Below, one piece after another: positions 22,201 through 31,682 of a DNA stretch of 64,000 nucleotides (the stretch's first letter is position 1; each line of letters opens with the position of its first letter). Location of the stretch: positions 4,512,001 through 4,576,000 of the forward strand of contig CAVUSO010000001.1 in assembly GCA_963744145.1 (NCBI GenBank), written 5' to 3'. The notes below the pieces were generated by a model. The model saw only the letters and a list, made by a program, of their open reading frames with translations, did not search any database and was not told where the DNA came from. This stretch comes from an uncultured cyanobacterium (GTDB lineage Bacteria > Cyanobacteriota > Cyanobacteriia > Cyanobacteriales > CAWUOF01). The position numbers were made by a program, and so were the translations under genes.

Positions 22201-22265
22201 TGAGCTAGAAGGTAATCTTCTATGACTTGCTCAAAGGCAGTTTCGGTATGGCTTGCTATTGTCAT
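19239..22265 (-). CDS. hsdR: Type I restriction endonuclease subunit R
   Basis: LDITLSLNGIPLVTIELKN nuclease motif, HSAGSGKS, IDEAHSSQ, FTATP and QTGFDQP. Confidence 0.96.
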   Translation of the reverse strand: MTIASHTETAFEQVIEDYLLAHGYLKTITKFDKTHAIFPEIAINFIRQTQPKEWAKLAALQGENTPNQVITDLCKWMDTYGSLHTLRHGFKCYGRTLRIAYFKAAHSLNTDLETRYNANQLGITRQLQYSDRNHNELDITLSLNGIPLVTIELKNPLTRQTVEQGKQQYRQDRDPHEVIFEFKRRTLVHFTVDTEEVWMTTRLAGKATHFLPFNKGYNNGAGNPPDPEERTYRTAYFWEEVLQRDSLLELLAQFLHLQIDQKYDDQGRKFKKESMIFPRYHQLQAVRQLIDATQLEGVGQNYLIEHSAGSGKSNTIGWLTHRLSSLHNEQNQRIFDSVIVISDRRILDQQLQDTIYQFEHRQGVIQKIDKDSKQLAQALESAVPIIITTLQKFPFVTRQLLKLAEERNEQGRGLLPTRCCAVIIDEAHSSQSGDSATELKGVLGGEALHQKAREMAEEEGLEHLEEMFLSMAKRSHQDNLSFFAFTATPKHKTLKFFGRKGEPFHRYTMRQAIEEIFIMDVLKHYTTYKAYFKLIKDCSDDPHVERKKAAKALARFMRLHPHNIAQKTEIMVEHFNSFTRHKIGGKAKAMVVTGSRLEAVRYKQSFDKYIKEKGYPIKTLVAFSGIVTDDKISDKTYTEEEMNQGIREKELPEKFATNDYQVLLVAEKYQTGFDQPLLHTMYVDKRLSGIQAVQTLSRLNRTHPQKEDTFILDFVNKPEEIREAFQQFYEGAELGQEAEPTQLYQLKSQLDASGIYLSEEIKRFCAIYFKPKPRQSPADHQGMNAVLDPAVDRFRALYEQNIEEAELWRRKLTAFRNLYNFLSQIIPYQDSDLEQLYIFLRHLSPKLLRHSNEDRYDFDSDIQLEYYRLQKISEGSIHLEKGEKSPLDGQKALGTGILRESSVKLSQLIDLLNSRFGTDFNQADQLFFDQIVEAAANSEELQQAAQVNSPDKFTLLFNQIVESLFIERVDQNEDIFARYMNDINFKKLVSDWLVSEVYKRLSQKISNN

Positions 22266-22952
22266 TTATTTTTTCCTTTTTTGTGCTTTAATAGCCTCAA
22301 GTCTTGCAATATGTTTTTCTAATGCTTGAATCAAAACAAAACAAAATTCATCTAATTTGTCTCGTTGTTGAGTCTTTAAATCTCTAAGTCGTTTTCGTGC
22401 ATCTTTAAGCGGAAGATTATTTTCCTTCCCAATAGTTCCTTGAATTGCTGCTTTGCGTTTATCTTCAAGCTCACTATAATCAAGACCGAGTTTTGTAATC
22501 GTCATTGCTGCTGCCTGATCTCCAGCCTGATTTTCAATTTGACCTCGTAATTTAAAAATAAAGCGAGATTCACAGCTTTGATTTAAAGGAGAAACAAATA
22601 AATGCTGTTCATCATTCCCAGACCAATGATCTTTTTTATGAGCGCCATAAGGAACTTTATACTTGGTATTAGGTCCAGGATAGCAAGCTACAATATTACT
22701 GTATAAAACAGTTTCACCAGCAGTACAGTGTGTTTGAGGTTTGAGGTGTTCGATATGACATTTTTGTTCATCAATGCTCAAACCTGTGTATGCACATAAC
22801 CAGCCTTGTTCTTCTAGTAAAGAACGAGTCACTGCTTGAACCACATCACTGTTTTTTCGCATCAAATCATAACCAAAATTAATGTCGTTAGAATAACGAG
22901 ATCGCCATTCCTTTAACTGCTCAGGTTCATTCCTCTTCTGAATCCACTTCAT
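22266..22952 (-). CDS. HNH endonuclease, TIGR02646 / PtuB-like
   Basis: LLEEQGWLCAYTG, HIEHLKPQ, YSNIVAC and GAHKKD motifs; overlaps the ATPase gene. Confidence 0.85.
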   Translation of the reverse strand: MKWIQKRNEPEQLKEWRSRYSNDINFGYDLMRKNSDVVQAVTRSLLEEQGWLCAYTGLSIDEQKCHIEHLKPQTHCTAGETVLYSNIVACYPGPNTKYKVPYGAHKKDHWSGNDEQHLFVSPLNQSCESRFIFKLRGQIENQAGDQAAAMTITKLGLDYSELEDKRKAAIQGTIGKENNLPLKDARKRLRDLKTQQRDKLDEFCFVLIQALEKHIARLEAIKAQKRKK

Positions 22953-24255
22953 CTGCTAATGCCTCTAGGTTATTAATGCTGGCTTCAAAACGGGAAGTTT
23001 CATCGTCACTTCCGATCATACGCTTTAAAGTGTCAAGTTGATTTCTGGCTAACTCAAGATTGCCTTCTTCTAGTGAATCTTCTATAGAATTGATTTGATC
23101 TTGAGATTTGCGGTTGCGGGGTTCAGTTTCCATTAAATGTTTAAGAATCCAGCTAGAATCTAACCCAAAGGATTGAAGACCTTCTTGAATTACAATAACT
23201 CGGTTGTCTTCTTTTTGAAGTAAAATCAAACCACTGGGGTGAACTTCTCCAATGATTTGTGGTGAATGGGTAGTTGCAATAAATTGGCAATTTGGGAATG
23301 TCTGAGTCAGTTTTTCTACGATTGTTCGTTGCCAGCGTGGATGCAAATGTAGATCGAGTTCATCAATTAACACAACTGCTTTCCCTTGCTCTAATGGGTT
23401 CTCTAATTTAGGATTTGCTTGCGAAAGTCGTCGTGCCAAGTCAAGAATTAATGCTAAGATACCTCGTTCACCGTCTGAAAACAAACGTATATCAAGCTTC
23501 ATTCCTTCTTTATTTAAAAGTAATGTTGTTGTAGGTTCTCTAATAACCTCAAGTCCAGTACAGGTATCAATAAAGTTGGTTACTGCATTGTTTAATACGC
23601 TTAGATGTTTTTCTGCTAATTTTACACCTTCTTTCACCAGTGCTTCTTGAACTAACAACCACTCGGCAAATTCACGAAGGCGTAGTTCGCGATGAGTTAG
23701 TGCATCAGCAAAAGCAGCAGCTTGATTTCCTGCACTACTCTGTTTGCTAGGAGTCGCCATGTTAGCTAATGAACGACGGGTAGAAAAATAGAGTGCTAGT
23801 GGTTGTTGTTCAGCTGCTTTTAGATACTTTAGAATATCTTTTTGCTTCATGCCTTTAAGCTCTTGTGGAAGATGCTTGTCTAAAATCTCTCGAAGACGTT
23901 TTAGTTCAGGTAAATTACCATCGTCGTTTTCGATAGGTTCACTACTATGTTTAATGTTTTTCTCTCGCCATCTTCTGCTTTCGTACTCTAAACTAACACC
24001 AGCTATATTACATACAAGTGAAGTATAAAGCCAATCACGTTCAACAGTAATATCTTTGACATCAAAGTCAAGACGCTTACTTTTAGAAACGCCAACAATG
24101 GGTAGAAGTTGTGAGAGCATAATCCTTATTGCGTCAAGTACAGTGGATTTACCCACACCATTGATGCCAACAAGTAGGTTCATCCCAGGCTGAAACTCAA
24201 ATTCTGCCTGTTCAAAAGCTCGAAAATTAGTAAGTGTAAGGCGGTTAATCTGCAT
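22927..24255 (-). CDS. ABC/AAA_21-type ATPase, PtuA-like
   Basis: LTNFRAF, Walker A GINGVGKS, signature FSDGE, Walker B LIDELDLHLHPRWQ and TTHSP. Confidence 0.9.
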   Translation of the reverse strand: MQINRLTLTNFRAFEQAEFEFQPGMNLLVGINGVGKSTVLDAIRIMLSQLLPIVGVSKSKRLDFDVKDITVERDWLYTSLVCNIAGVSLEYESRRWREKNIKHSSEPIENDDGNLPELKRLREILDKHLPQELKGMKQKDILKYLKAAEQQPLALYFSTRRSLANMATPSKQSSAGNQAAAFADALTHRELRLREFAEWLLVQEALVKEGVKLAEKHLSVLNNAVTNFIDTCTGLEVIREPTTTLLLNKEGMKLDIRLFSDGERGILALILDLARRLSQANPKLENPLEQGKAVVLIDELDLHLHPRWQRTIVEKLTQTFPNCQFIATTHSPQIIGEVHPSGLILLQKEDNRVIVIQEGLQSFGLDSSWILKHLMETEPRNRKSQDQINSIEDSLEEGNLELARNQLDTLKRMIGSDDETSRFEASINNLEALADEVDSEEE

Positions 24256-24257
24256 AG

Positions 24258-25529
24258 TTACTCCTTGATTTTAAGTTGTCCGGTGACTGCTGCTGTAATT
24301 AATGATGTTCGACGTTCTTCTAAGAGTTTAATTGTTTTGTCTGTAGCTATTTTTAAAGAATCCAATTTGAAAACTTCATTTTTAATATGAGACACGATAG
24401 AATACTGTTCATTCAAGGGAGGCAATATAATTATTAAGCCACTAATAATTTCTGTATTTAAGTTTTCCATTGTCGTCCCAACAGACATCATAGACAAACT
24501 TTTACCCACAAAAGTATTTAACACCAGTAAAACTAAATATTCAGAATCGATAATTTCTAAATTAGGTCGCACTCTCAGACTACCTGAACCACACAACCAT
24601 CCAACTTCTTGTTGAGTTACCACTCCACATCGTCCAATCTCTCCTCGACGGGCAAAAACGATATCGCCACTCTCTAATTTATGAATTGACAAACGTTTTA
24701 CTGTTTCTTGATCTACAGCTACTTGATAGTCTGGAACAATTTTACCATCAACTAAATGTACAGGATTAATAACTGGAAGACCATCATCAACATAGTCTTC
24801 TGCATGGAGTTGTGTTCCAAAAGGGCCTGTTTGAAGTGATTTACTTACTGTTTTAAGTCTTTGAATTGACCAATGCTCAGGAATTTCTTTCATCCACTCA
24901 ACACCAGAATCTCGCATCGGAACATCAGGATTTAACCCACGAGTTACCGCATGGGTAATGAGGGTACGACGTTTTTCATCCAATAATTCTAGTAATCGTT
25001 TTTTGGCTTTAATTAGCTCATCTATTTTGCCTGTTTTTTGATCAAGATAATTTGCGATCGCTTCCTGAATGGAAAGTGAGTGTAAATTAATCGGAAAATC
25101 GGTAAATTTTTTTCGACTGAGTTCAATTTGATTAGTTGCTCCTTCAGAACATAAAACAGTTAGCGTGTCTTGCTGAATACTAAGGTAATAAAAAAGATAT
25201 TTTGGATAAAATCGTTGCAGTGTATCTCGAATAACAGTAACGTGTCCATCTGCAAATGTAGGTTTTTTAGGTTCTATATCAACAATTGCTACTCGGCCAA
25301 GAGTTCCTGTACCTGTAGAGTTAATTAGAATATCATCTTTGTATATCCAAGATGTAATTTTTTCTATTTCATTAGGATCTTGATATTTAGTTTTTAATAA
25401 ATTTAAACCATCAGGTGAAACACAGGCTTGATTAACAACGTGAATATCGGAATATTCAGTATAAACTGGAGCATCACCACGAGAAATAAAATCAGCAATA
25501 TATTTTAGTTTAAGTATTAAATTATTCAC
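24258..25529 (-). CDS. hsdS: Type I R-M specificity subunit
   Basis: Two TRDs separated by the conserved region LITHAVTRGLNPDVPMRDSGVEW; ends LITAAVTGQ. Confidence 0.95.
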   Translation of the reverse strand: MNNLILKLKYIADFISRGDAPVYTEYSDIHVVNQACVSPDGLNLLKTKYQDPNEIEKITSWIYKDDILINSTGTGTLGRVAIVDIEPKKPTFADGHVTVIRDTLQRFYPKYLFYYLSIQQDTLTVLCSEGATNQIELSRKKFTDFPINLHSLSIQEAIANYLDQKTGKIDELIKAKKRLLELLDEKRRTLITHAVTRGLNPDVPMRDSGVEWMKEIPEHWSIQRLKTVSKSLQTGPFGTQLHAEDYVDDGLPVINPVHLVDGKIVPDYQVAVDQETVKRLSIHKLESGDIVFARRGEIGRCGVVTQQEVGWLCGSGSLRVRPNLEIIDSEYLVLLVLNTFVGKSLSMMSVGTTMENLNTEIISGLIIILPPLNEQYSIVSHIKNEVFKLDSLKIATDKTIKLLEERRTSLITAAVTGQLKIKE

Positions 25530-27553
25530 TTTGTCACCTCCTGCAATAACCTAATAATCTCCTCTTCCATCTGTTTAATATCTGCATCAATTTCAGCTAA
25601 TGGACGAGGGGGCGTATATTTGTAAAAATAGCGATTAAAATTAATCTCATAAGCAATTCTAATATTTTCTCCATCTGCCCAAGCATCAGCAACATGAGGT
25701 TCAATTTCTTCAAGAAAATAACGGATAATTTCATCTTGTAAATTAATATTTTCAAAGTCTCTTAACTTCGAGTCTGCTTCATACATCCGTTCTATTTTTT
25801 TACCAGGAACAGGAAACCATCCCCAAACACGAGAGTTAGGTTCACCTGTGACCTTACGTTCCTTCAAAATAACAGGTTTTGCCTCTATTTCTCGTTCTGT
25901 AAATACATCTTTAAATAGCTTTTGTTCAACTTTTTTCCAACGACTACTACGCTGCTTTAATAAATCCGTCATTAACCGATCAAATTCACTCCAATCAGAA
26001 CGAGGTTCGCGTCCCAATTCTCGATCGATTGCTTGAACATCATCTAATAAGTGGGGAACGGCATCCAGAAAACGACTTTTGCGATCGAGATTCATTTGAT
26101 AGAGTAAACGTAGGGGTCGTTCAATGGGAACGCGGTGATAACCAAAATCCTCATTATCAAAAATCTTGCTGGTTTCACTTTCGACAAATTTCCCATATTC
26201 ACGCACCACAATAGCAATATCTTCTTCACCCATATAACGGCGTTTATCTCCTAAACTACGTCGCATCGGTTGCCAACAGTGACGAGCATCAATCAGTTGA
26301 ATTTTGCCTTTACGGTGTTTCTGTTTCCGGTTGGTAACAATCCAAATATAAGTACCAATTCCTGTGTTATAAAACATCTGTTCAGGTAGAGCAATAATCG
26401 CTTCTAACCAATCACTTTCGATAATCCATTTGCGAATTTCACTTTCACCACTCCCAGCACCTCCTGTAAATAAAGGTGAACCATTAAATACAATGGCAAG
26501 ACGAGAACCATTTTTATGATTTTCAGGTTGATAGAGTTCAAATTTCCTAATTTGATGCTGTAAAAACAACAGCGAACCATCATTAACTCTAGGCAACCCT
26601 GCCCCAAAACGTCCGGCAAAACCTAGCTTTTCATGTTCTCGTTTCACTTCCTTTTGCTGTCTCTTCCAGTCCACACCAAAAGGGGGATTTGCTAGAAAAT
26701 ACTCAAAGGTTTCATCAGGGTATTTATCATCAATTAAAGAGTCGCCAAACTGAATAGAACTTTTTTCATTTTCCTTCATTAATAAGTCTGAAGCGGCAAT
26801 GGCATAAGCACGGGGATTAAAATCTTGACCAAAAACCCAGAGTTGTGCTTCTTTATTATTTTCTCGTAAATAATTTTGAGCTTCTGCTAACATTCCCCCC
26901 GTACCACAAGTGGGGTCAAGGAGTTTGCAAATTACGGATTTAGTCAGAATATCATCATCAGGATCGAATAAAATATCAACCATTAAGCGGATGACTTCTC
27001 GTGGTGTAAAGTGGTCCCCTGCGGTTTCGTTGGCAGTTTCATTAAAACGACGAATTAAGTCTTCAAAAACTGACCCCATTGCAATGTTATCTACTCGATC
27101 GGGGTGTAAATCTACATCGCAAAACTTCGAGATGACTAGATAGAGGATGTTCGCCTCATTCATCTTTTCAATTTCTGCGGTAAACTCGAAACGTTCAAAG
27201 ATTTCGCAGATATTTTTTGAGAAACTATTGATATAGTTCACTAAATGTTTATCAATATTATTCGGATCGCCTTTGAGCTTTTCAAAGGTGAGTTCAGAAC
27301 GATTGTAAAAGCGTTGTCCTGCTGCTTTATTAAGCATAGAATCGAGAGCATCATCTTTTAATCGATCTTTGTATTGCTGATATTTAGTTAAAACGTCCTG
27401 TTTAGTGGGTGCAAGTACGCAGTCAAAACGGCGTAACACCGTCATTGGTAGCATAACTCGTTCATATTGCGGAGGTCGATAGGGACCACGTAAAAGATCG
27501 GCTATTTGCCAGATAAAATTAGAAAGTTGGTGATGATCAGCCATTTGTTGCAA
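25526..27553 (-). CDS. hsdM: Type I R-M methyltransferase subunit
   Basis: FIWQIADLLRG, GDHFTPREV, DPTCGTGGM and NPPF motifs. Confidence 0.96.
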   Translation of the reverse strand: MQQMADHHQLSNFIWQIADLLRGPYRPPQYERVMLPMTVLRRFDCVLAPTKQDVLTKYQQYKDRLKDDALDSMLNKAAGQRFYNRSELTFEKLKGDPNNIDKHLVNYINSFSKNICEIFERFEFTAEIEKMNEANILYLVISKFCDVDLHPDRVDNIAMGSVFEDLIRRFNETANETAGDHFTPREVIRLMVDILFDPDDDILTKSVICKLLDPTCGTGGMLAEAQNYLRENNKEAQLWVFGQDFNPRAYAIAASDLLMKENEKSSIQFGDSLIDDKYPDETFEYFLANPPFGVDWKRQQKEVKREHEKLGFAGRFGAGLPRVNDGSLLFLQHQIRKFELYQPENHKNGSRLAIVFNGSPLFTGGAGSGESEIRKWIIESDWLEAIIALPEQMFYNTGIGTYIWIVTNRKQKHRKGKIQLIDARHCWQPMRRSLGDKRRYMGEEDIAIVVREYGKFVESETSKIFDNEDFGYHRVPIERPLRLLYQMNLDRKSRFLDAVPHLLDDVQAIDRELGREPRSDWSEFDRLMTDLLKQRSSRWKKVEQKLFKDVFTEREIEAKPVILKERKVTGEPNSRVWGWFPVPGKKIERMYEADSKLRDFENINLQDEIIRYFLEEIEPHVADAWADGENIRIAYEINFNRYFYKYTPPRPLAEIDADIKQMEEEIIRLLQEVTK

Positions 27554-27675
27554 ATCCTTCGCTCAATTCACCCAAAGTGGGAGTCTCTATCGAATTTTCC
27601 TGTTTTGCTGTAATTGTTTGATTATGATTATTCTGAAAATTAATTCCGTCTGTACTTTGAGTCCTATCTACAAAA

Positions 27676-28134
27676 TTAAACTATGCGATCGCCTGTGGTA
27701 GCAAAACTGCTGAGATTATCGCGTAAGCGTTGATGAATGCGATCGCTCCAAAACGGTACAACAGACAAACCCTGATTAATTGTTTGCAAGGCTAAATCGC
27801 TGTTAAAATCGACTAAACACCGCTGTTTTGAATCCATTAACAACATAAAACGCTTCATTTGCTGTTCTGATAACGATTGCCCAAATAACCATGACTCATT
27901 GGTTTTGAGAATTTCCAGAATTTCCCGACAAACCTCAAAACTCAACCCGATAGAGAGTAAATATTCCATCACCGTCAGCCCCAATAGGTCAGCTACAGAA
28001 TAATAAACATTGCGACCCTTACCAATCGGGTTCACTGTGGGCACAATAACCCCTTTCTCGCGCCAATACTGCAATTGCCGCCGAGAGCATCCGGTAATCT
28101 GTGCCGCTTCTGTACTGGTGTAGAAATTATCCAT
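27676..28134 (-). CDS. cvkR: MerR-type repressor of V-K CAST (CvkR-like)
   Basis: MerR HTH TSTEAAQITGCSRRQLQYWREKG; divergent from the cas12k stub, as in V-K CASTs. Confidence 0.85.
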   Translation of the reverse strand: MDNFYTSTEAAQITGCSRRQLQYWREKGVIVPTVNPIGKGRNVYYSVADLLGLTVMEYLLSIGLSFEVCREILEILKTNESWLFGQSLSEQQMKRFMLLMDSKQRCLVDFNSDLALQTINQGLSVVPFWSDRIHQRLRDNLSSFATTGDRIV

Positions 28135-28215
28135 AGATTTTTATAATACTTAACTTCGTGCAAAATAATTTGAGAATTTTAAACACATAGTGTGTTCTTG
28201 TGCTACTATATTTTG
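28135..28215. promoter_or_regulatory. Divergent cvkR/cas12k promoter with a CvkR-box-like palindrome
   Basis: AACACA-TAG-TGTGTT at 28182-28196 is one mismatch from AnnACATnATGTnnT. -10-like hexamers TATTAT (minus) and TACTAT (plus) lie 6-8 bp before the respective ATGs. Confidence 0.7.
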
Positions 28216-28266
28216 ATGAGTCAAATAACTATTCAATGCCGTTTAATTGCCAAAGAATCCAGCCAA
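28216..28266 (+). pseudogene. cas12k: cas12k 5' stub
   Basis: MSQITIQCRLIAKESS matches the conserved Cas12k N-terminus. The rest of the gene and the tracrRNA are deleted; the frame runs through the repeat to a TAA at 28341. Confidence 0.85.
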
Positions 28267-28340
28267 GTTTCAACCACCATTTCAGCTAGGGGTGGTTTAA
28301 AAGTCTATAAGGATATGGGCGTAGTCGTCACTGGCAACTA
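28267..28340 (+). CRISPR. Single type V-K CRISPR repeat (28267-28303) plus putative spacer
   Basis: 37-nt GTTTCAACCACCATTTCAGCTAGGGGTGGTTTAAAAG resembles V-K repeats (GTTTCAAC...GGTGGGTTGAAAG). Only one copy, so the spacer end is undefined. Confidence 0.75.
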
Positions 28341-28348
28341 AACGAGAA

Positions 28349-28425
28349 TAATTTGTCCCAAAGACATTTAACTTGTCTCGACGACAGTAATTTGTCCCCG
28401 ACGACATTTAATTAGTCACTGTACA
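28349..28425 (-). mobile_element. CAST tRNA-proximal (left) end with 3-4 tandem TnsB-binding repeats
   Basis: TGTACAGTGACTAATTAAATGTCGTCGGGGACAAATTACTGTCGTCGAGACAAGTTAAATGTCTTTGGGACAAATTA. Confidence 0.9.
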
Positions 28426-28433
28426 GAACCTAA

Positions 28434-28504
28434 AGCGGGCAGCGGGAATCGAACCCGCATCTTTAGCTTGGAAGGCTAAGGTTTTACCACTAAACCATGC
28501 CCGC
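28434..28504 (-). tRNA. trnG: tRNA-Gly (TCC)
   Basis: GCGGGCATGGTTTAGTGGTAAAACCTTAGCCTTCCAAGCTAAAGATGCGGGTTCGATTCCCGCTGCCCGCT folds as a cloverleaf with anticodon TCC. Confidence 0.97.
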
Positions 28505-28604
28505 GATAATCACGTTTATTCAATATAGCACAGACTTCAACAATAATAACAGACTTTTTCAAAAATTTGTTCAAATTCCTGTCAAATTCTCCCAAACCCT
28601 TCAT

Positions 28605-29630
28605 TTACAAAGGTTCGAGGATAACTGACATTTCCAGCAAACTGTCAACGGGTTTACCACCGAGATAAGCTGGGACAAATTGCCAATCGGTGATCATTTT
28701 TTTGATTAACTGTTGTTCATCTACACCAGTAGGACCTTTGATGATCTGAATATAATTGGGATCAGGTTGTCCTGAACTATGGATTAGTAACCGTAAGGTG
28801 GCAACTTGACCAAAACTTTTTTCGGTTGATGATATATACTTGAGAGTGGGAAATTTGGCAATGGTTTGTTTTGGATGGGCTGATTGATCAGGAAGATCGT
28901 GATTTCCATTACCAAGTCGAAAGTTTTGGATCGTTAGGGACACACCTTGACCACCCTGACCACTTTTTCCCTGAGCTGGTACTGGTTGCGATCGCGTTTT
29001 CGATGGTTCTACCTGAGTAGATTTAGTTTTATTTCCTGAATTACTATTACTTTCTAAAGATTTACCCTGATTGATCAGTTGCTTCTGGTTTCCTGATGGT
29101 GATATTACTTTCGGTAAATCAGATTTTTTCGGTGGAACTAATTCTTTACTGCGATTTTCTGGTCTTAAAGATCCTGTTCCTGACTGATTATTACTGGAAT
29201 TAGGGATTTTCTTTGGTGCTACTTCTGGGACAGGAGCTGGTAAATTTTTGGTAGGGACAGATTTTGATACTTGTGAATCAGATTTTACCCGATTAGGTAC
29301 TAATGATTTAGATAAAGGTTTAGGAGGAACAAGACTGGAAGAAACAGGGGTTTTTTGAGAAGATACAAATTTATTATTACTAGATAATTGAGGTGTTTTT
29401 CCGATTAGCTGGTCTCCATCAATAGATAAGACTGGAATTAGATCGGTAGGGAGATTAGCTGATTGGTTTGTTTCCGTTGTTAGATATTTACCAATTAGCC
29501 AAAATCCAAATAAATGTAAACTAATTGAAACTAAAATTAGCCCTAACCACAAAGTGGGAGAATGATCAGTTGACTGATATTGATGACCTGGTTTAAATAG
29601 AGAAGATGTCATAATCAGAAAATATATCAA
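28605..29630 (-). CDS. TonB-like protein (N-terminal TM anchor, Pro/Ser/Lys-rich linker, TonB-C-like domain)
   Basis: SISLH TM motif, low-complexity linker and C-terminal WQFVPAYLGGKPV. Confidence 0.65.
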   Translation of the reverse strand: MIYFLIMTSSLFKPGHQYQSTDHSPTLWLGLILVSISLHLFGFWLIGKYLTTETNQSANLPTDLIPVLSIDGDQLIGKTPQLSSNNKFVSSQKTPVSSSLVPPKPLSKSLVPNRVKSDSQVSKSVPTKNLPAPVPEVAPKKIPNSSNNQSGTGSLRPENRSKELVPPKKSDLPKVISPSGNQKQLINQGKSLESNSNSGNKTKSTQVEPSKTRSQPVPAQGKSGQGGQGVSLTIQNFRLGNGNHDLPDQSAHPKQTIAKFPTLKYISSTEKSFGQVATLRLLIHSSGQPDPNYIQIIKGPTGVDEQQLIKKMITDWQFVPAYLGGKPVDSLLEMSVILEPL

Positions 29631-29712
29631 CTAGCAATTACCACATCGCGATCGCCCATCTTTACGGAAAAAATTTTCATCTAGATGGTGCGATCGCAAG
29701 CATAGCTAGAAC

Positions 29713-30714
<1,002 letters not shown>

Positions 30715-30805
30715 TTATTTTATCTGGCGATCGGCTCAAAATTATCAATTCAGTTGATTACCCTACCTAGGGAAAGCAATTATTTTAGAGCGATCGCAAG
30801 GATTG

Positions 30806-30896
30806 ACCTCTCCCCCAACCCCTCTCCTAAAAGGAAAGGGGAGCAAGAATGATCTTTCTCCCTATCCCTAGTGGGAAGGGGGTTGGGGGGTTAGGT
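30806..30896. repeat. Pair of GC-rich hairpin dispersed repeats
   Basis: GACCTCTCCCCCAACCCCTCTCCTAAAAGGAAAGGGGAGCAAGAATGA is nearly the reverse complement of 37293-37340. Confidence 0.8.
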
Positions 30897-30935
30897 TTTC
30901 ACTAACTTCATCGAAACTTGGTATAATCCATCTAA

Positions 30936-31682
30936 TTAATAGCTAATTTCTAGACTTACAGAAGCTTCTACTTTCTGTTGACCCCCAACTACTGGAGTGA
31001 TAGCAGCATCAGGGCTATTTTGCAATTTAGCCCTATTGGCAAATACTGGTAAAGGGGAAATTGCCTGAACATTATTAATAGCAATATTAATGATTTCTCG
31101 ACGAGTCAGATTGAGAGCAGATAGCACTATATCAGCTTGCTTTTGAGCATCTTGAGTTGCAGCAATGAGAGCTTGTTTTTGAGCATTGGCGATCGCGTCA
31201 TCTGTAGCAGTAAAATTAATCCCATCAACCCGAGTTGCACCAGCTTTGACTGCTTCATCGATCAGGGCTCCAGCGTTTTCCGTATTAGTGCGAAAACTCA
31301 CCATGTTATTAGCACTATATCCAGTTAGAGTCTGCACATTGTTTTCATAACTATAGACGGGATTAAGATTAATTCCTGTAGTTTCTAGTTGTTCAACGTT
31401 GCGAGATTTCAGCAGGTTGACTACTGCTTGCGATCGCTGTGCTACGTCTTGTTGTACTTCATTTACAGTTTTTCCCTGTACTTCAACTCCTAGACGTACT
31501 TGAGAAATTGTAGTGGGAATATGGACGATTCCGTTTCCGGTCACGTTGAGGGTTCTAATTCTTTGTTCTTGGGCTATAGCTGGACTCCATGCACTAATGC
31601 TCACTATACCTAATGCTAATGATAAGGCTGTCACATTACTCCATAAATTAAAGCGGTACACAGGTTTTTGATTACTATTCAT
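30936..31682 (-). CDS. SIMPL/DUF541 periplasmic protein
   Basis: Signal peptide, TLNVTGNG, GATRVDGINF and GGQQKVEASVSLEISY. Confidence 0.88.
   Translation of the reverse strand: MNSNQKPVYRFNLWSNVTALSLALGIVSISAWSPAIAQEQRIRTLNVTGNGIVHIPTTISQVRLGVEVQGKTVNEVQQDVAQRSQAVVNLLKSRNVEQLETTGINLNPVYSYENNVQTLTGYSANNMVSFRTNTENAGALIDEAVKAGATRVDGINFTATDDAIANAQKQALIAATQDAQKQADIVLSALNLTRREIINIAINNVQAISPLPVFANRAKLQNSPDAAITPVVGGQQKVEASVSLEISY

Larger units (their letters stand above)
18773..28425. mobile_element. Degenerate type V-K CRISPR-associated Tn7-like transposon (CAST) at tRNA-Gly
   Basis: Ends TATACAGTGACTAATTA (18773, +) and TGTACAGTGACTAATTA (28425, -). tnsB/tniQ relics at one end; cvkR-like gene, cas12k stub and CRISPR repeat at the other; tRNA gene 8 bp away. 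Confidence 0.9.

Noticed and set aside
22266..24255. Retron (type I-A) system
   Set aside because: No reverse transcriptase and no intergenic room for msr-msd; only the effector-like pair is present.
18760..28504. Tyrosine-integrase island with a duplicated tRNA 3' end (attL/attR)
   Set aside because: No integrase and no tRNA-Gly 3' duplicate was found; the Tn7-like ends explain the island.
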